Of a DNA stretch of 39,018 nt, positions 36,156 to 39,018 are shown in pieces. The notes under the pieces are model-generated. The model was not told the DNA's origin. It ran no database searches and was given only the letters and a program-made list of their open reading frames with translations. The stretch lies in IMG/VR virus record IMGVR_UViG_3300038334_000128, positions 1 to 39,018 of that record; one strand, given 5' to 3'. Position 1 is the stretch's first letter. Each line of letters opens with the position of its first letter. Source of the stretch: a virus (taxonomy: Duplodnaviria > Caudoviricetes). The translations under genes and the position numbers were made by a program.

Positions 36156-37493
36156 ATGAATCGAGTGATACACAAAGTACAGCCAACGATTCCGGCAATC
36201 CCGCAACGGTTGCGGGTGGCCGCCTATGCTCGCGTTTCTAATGTTAAAATGGCTATGGTTGAATCTCTGGCGGCTCAAGTCAGTTACTACAGCGCGCACA
36301 TACAGCGAAACCCGCAATGGATCTACGTTGGGGTATATGCGGACGAGGGTCTATCAGGCACGAAAGACAATCGTCCTGAATTTCAGCGGCTGATATCCGA
36401 TTGCTACGCTGGAAAGATCGACATGGTGATCACGAAATCGCTCAGCCGATTTTCGCGAAACACGCTGGATACGCTGAATATCCTACGTGAACTGAAACAA
36501 AGAGGCGTGGATGTGTTCTTTGAACGGGAGAACATCCACAGTAATTCAGGGGATGGCGAGCTGATGCTCACCATCCTCTCTTCATATGCGCAGGAAGAAA
36601 GTCGTTCCGCCTCTGAAAATATTAAATGGCGGATTCGAAAAAAGTTCGAGCAGGGCGAAATCTCGGGATGGTGTCAATTGTATGGGTATACGATACGGCG
36701 CGGCAAAATTACGATCGACGATTACAAAGCGGCGGTCGTACACAGAATATTTTCAGAATATCTTGCAGGTGACAGCGCTACCTTGATTGCGAAACGGCTT
36801 AGACTCGAGGGCGTTCCCTGTGAACAGGGGGGACAGTGGAAGCAGTTTACGGTTTCGGAAATACTCAGGAATGAAAAGTATACCGGCAATCAACTCTTGC
36901 AGAAGACGTTCACGAAAGACCATCTATCCAAACGCTCAAAGAAGAACCAAGGCGAGTTGCCGTTCTTTCTGGTCGAGAACGCGCATCCCGCGATTATTGA
37001 TGCTGATACATATCAGCACGCGATGAAGCGCATGGAGAGCAATCAAAAGACAGCCAAACGCCCTGAACCGAAGATGGATAATCAGCTGTTCCGGCGAAAA
37101 ATCGTTTGCTCACAATGCGGCAGGCACTTCATTCGTAAGAACACAAACGGAACGCCAGGGTACGTTTGCAGTACTTATTCAGCGGAAGGGAAGGACTTTT
37201 GTCTGAGCAAAAAGATACCAGAGACAACTCTGGTCGAATTTTCATTAATAGCGCTGGGAATACCTGAGTTTGATAAAGAACTCTTTGATAAAGAGATCGA
37301 CCATATTGTCGCACGATACCCTAACGATTTAGCATTCGTATTTCGTGACGGCCATATCTGTGAGTATACATGGGAAGACCGATCCCGGGCGGAAAGCTGG
37401 ACGGAAGAAATGAAAAAGTCAGCAGGGGATAAAACCAGATCTAGGGAAGGGAGCAATTCTCATGGAAGCCATCAAGAAAGTCACGAAGATTGA
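36156..37493 (+). CDS. Large serine recombinase 1
   Basis: RVAAYARVS, DEGLSG, TKSLSRFSRN, ILRNEKYTG, zinc ribbon CSQCG; ATG after AGGAG. Confidence 0.93.
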   Translation: MNRVIHKVQPTIPAIPQRLRVAAYARVSNVKMAMVESLAAQVSYYSAHIQRNPQWIYVGVYADEGLSGTKDNRPEFQRLISDCYAGKIDMVITKSLSRFSRNTLDTLNILRELKQRGVDVFFERENIHSNSGDGELMLTILSSYAQEESRSASENIKWRIRKKFEQGEISGWCQLYGYTIRRGKITIDDYKAAVVHRIFSEYLAGDSATLIAKRLRLEGVPCEQGGQWKQFTVSEILRNEKYTGNQLLQKTFTKDHLSKRSKKNQGELPFFLVENAHPAIIDADTYQHAMKRMESNQKTAKRPEPKMDNQLFRRKIVCSQCGRHFIRKNTNGTPGYVCSTYSAEGKDFCLSKKIPETTLVEFSLIALGIPEFDKELFDKEIDHIVARYPNDLAFVFRDGHICEYTWEDRSRAESWTEEMKKSAGDKTRSREGSNSHGSHQESHED

Positions 37494-39018
37494 TCGCGCG
37501 GTCGTTGCCAAAGCATCAGCACATCAACCGATTGCGAGCTTGCGTCGTGTTGCCGCATATGCGCGGGTATCGACTGACAGCGACGAGCAATTCACAAGCT
37601 TTGAGGCGCAGGTAGACTATTACACCCGTCAGATCACCGCAAATGCGGACTGGGCTTTGGTCGAAGTCTATACGGACGAAGGCATCAGCGGGACGAACAC
37701 GAAGAAGCGCGATGGTTTTAACCGCATGATCGCGGACGCGCTTTCGGGTAAGATTGATCTGATCATAACGAAAAGCATCTCGCGTTTTGCCAGAAACACC
37801 GTCGATACGCTGACTGCGGTTCGACAGTTGAAGGAGAAGGGGGTAGAGGTATATTTTGAGAAAGAGAACATCTACACCATGGACTCCAAAGGCGAGCTCC
37901 TGATCACGATCATGAGCTCGCTCGCGCAGGAAGAAAGCCGGTCGATCAGCGAAAACGTCGCCTGGGGCAAACGCGCAAAGTGCGAGGAGGGTAAGGTCTA
38001 TCTTCCTTACAAACAGTTTCTCGGCTACGAGAAGGGTCCTGACGGGCAGCCGCAGATCGTGGAGGAGCAGGCAAAGACGGTGCGGTTGATCTATTCGCTT
38101 TTTCTGGAAGGGCTTATGCCTTCAGGAATCGCAAAACGGCTGGAAGCCATGGGGATCTTATCCCCGGCTGGGAAGCAACGCTGGCAGACCAGCACGGTGG
38201 AAAGCATCCTGCGGAACGAGAAGTATAAGGGTGATGCGCTGTTGCAGAAAACCTTCTGCGTAGACTTCCTGACCAAAAAGATGAAGCGCAACGAAGGCGA
38301 GTTACCGCAATACTATGTGGAGCAGAGCCACCCGGCGATCGTTTCACCCGAAGTCTTCGACGAGGTCCAGCAAGAGCTTAAGCGCCGCCGTGAAGCCCGC
38401 TACGTGGGCAGAGGCGGATGCTTTTCAAGTAAAATAGTTTGCGGAGAATGCGGTAGCTACTACGGCAGGAAGGTGTGGCATAGTAACGATAAGTACAGAA
38501 CTGTGATCTGGCGCTGCCAGCACAAATATGAGAACGGCGAGCCATGCAAAACGCCGCACGTGACTGAAGATCAGATCAAGGCGGCGTTTGTAGCTGAGAT
38601 GAACCGGGTGATTGCGAATAAGGAACAGGTGCTGTCTGACATCGGAATGCTGATTGAGACGTTGACCACTACCCATGAGCTGGAAGACAAGGAATCCGCT
38701 GCGGGTATGGAGCTAAAAGATGTATCCGCATCGATGCACAAGCTGGTGGATGATTATGCGCGAGCGTTGATCGAACAGAACGTGTACGACGACCGATACG
38801 CGGAGCTTCTGGCACAAAGCCGGACACTTGAGGAGCGGATCGCCGAGATAGGGGAACAACGTGAACAGCGGAAGGCAAGGAAGCGCGAGTTGGATTCGTT
38901 TTATAAGGTGCTGAAGGCGACAGGGCCGATTGTAGAGTTCGATGAAGAACTGTGGAATGTGGCGGTTGAGAAAATTATCGTTCAAACAGACGGAAAATTG
39001 CAGATTAAGAATCGATAA
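37462..39018 (+). CDS. Large serine recombinase 2 (integrase)
   Basis: RVAAYARVST, TKSISRFARN, NEKYKGD, CGECG zinc ribbon, coiled coil; TAA at the window end. Confidence 0.95.
   Translation: MEAIKKVTKIDRAVVAKASAHQPIASLRRVAAYARVSTDSDEQFTSFEAQVDYYTRQITANADWALVEVYTDEGISGTNTKKRDGFNRMIADALSGKIDLIITKSISRFARNTVDTLTAVRQLKEKGVEVYFEKENIYTMDSKGELLITIMSSLAQEESRSISENVAWGKRAKCEEGKVYLPYKQFLGYEKGPDGQPQIVEEQAKTVRLIYSLFLEGLMPSGIAKRLEAMGILSPAGKQRWQTSTVESILRNEKYKGDALLQKTFCVDFLTKKMKRNEGELPQYYVEQSHPAIVSPEVFDEVQQELKRRREARYVGRGGCFSSKIVCGECGSYYGRKVWHSNDKYRTVIWRCQHKYENGEPCKTPHVTEDQIKAAFVAEMNRVIANKEQVLSDIGMLIETLTTTHELEDKESAAGMELKDVSASMHKLVDDYARALIEQNVYDDRYAELLAQSRTLEERIAEIGEQREQRKARKRELDSFYKVLKATGPIVEFDEELWNVAVEKIIVQTDGKLQIKNR

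Larger units (their letters stand above)
1..39018 (+). mobile_element. Temperate siphovirus prophage with tandem large serine recombinases (att sites not visible)
   Basis: Co-oriented replication, packaging, head, tail, lysis and integration modules in canonical order. Confidence 0.95.

Noticed and set aside
1-39018. CRISPR array, tRNA/rRNA, IS elements, introns/inteins, att direct repeats
   Set aside because: None seen by eye. terL, helicase and primase look uninterrupted, and the window ends at gene boundaries so att sites probably lie outside or at the edge.

Overview
The window is one apparently near-complete temperate siphovirus prophage (HK97-type head, long non-contractile tail, probably cos packaging), most likely from a Bacillota/Clostridia host. 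Almost all genes are on the + strand. Order: sigma-70 region-4/HTH regulators resembling Tn916 orf7/orf8 with a DUF3825-like gene; replication module (SNF2 helicase, putative SSB, BRO-N/KilAC antirepressor, prim-pol/helicase, candidate origin, VRR-NUC, RinA/ArpU-like activator); HNH, terS, ParB-methyltransferase and small accessory genes; terL, portal, ClpP protease, capsid, head-tail and tail genes; lysis; two tandem large serine recombinases. No CI-type repressor or att site is visible. The late region carries independently expressed cargo: a 1209-aa secreted LVIVD double beta-propeller/beta-helix protein, an antisense CxxC-x17-CxxC zinc-ribbon gene, a WapI-like immunity protein, and a candidate ~150-nt antisense sRNA with C-rich loops behind a direct-repeat promoter. 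A structured leader RNA with a boxA-like motif precedes the replication operon. All family assignments are from motif recognition by eye, not database searches.
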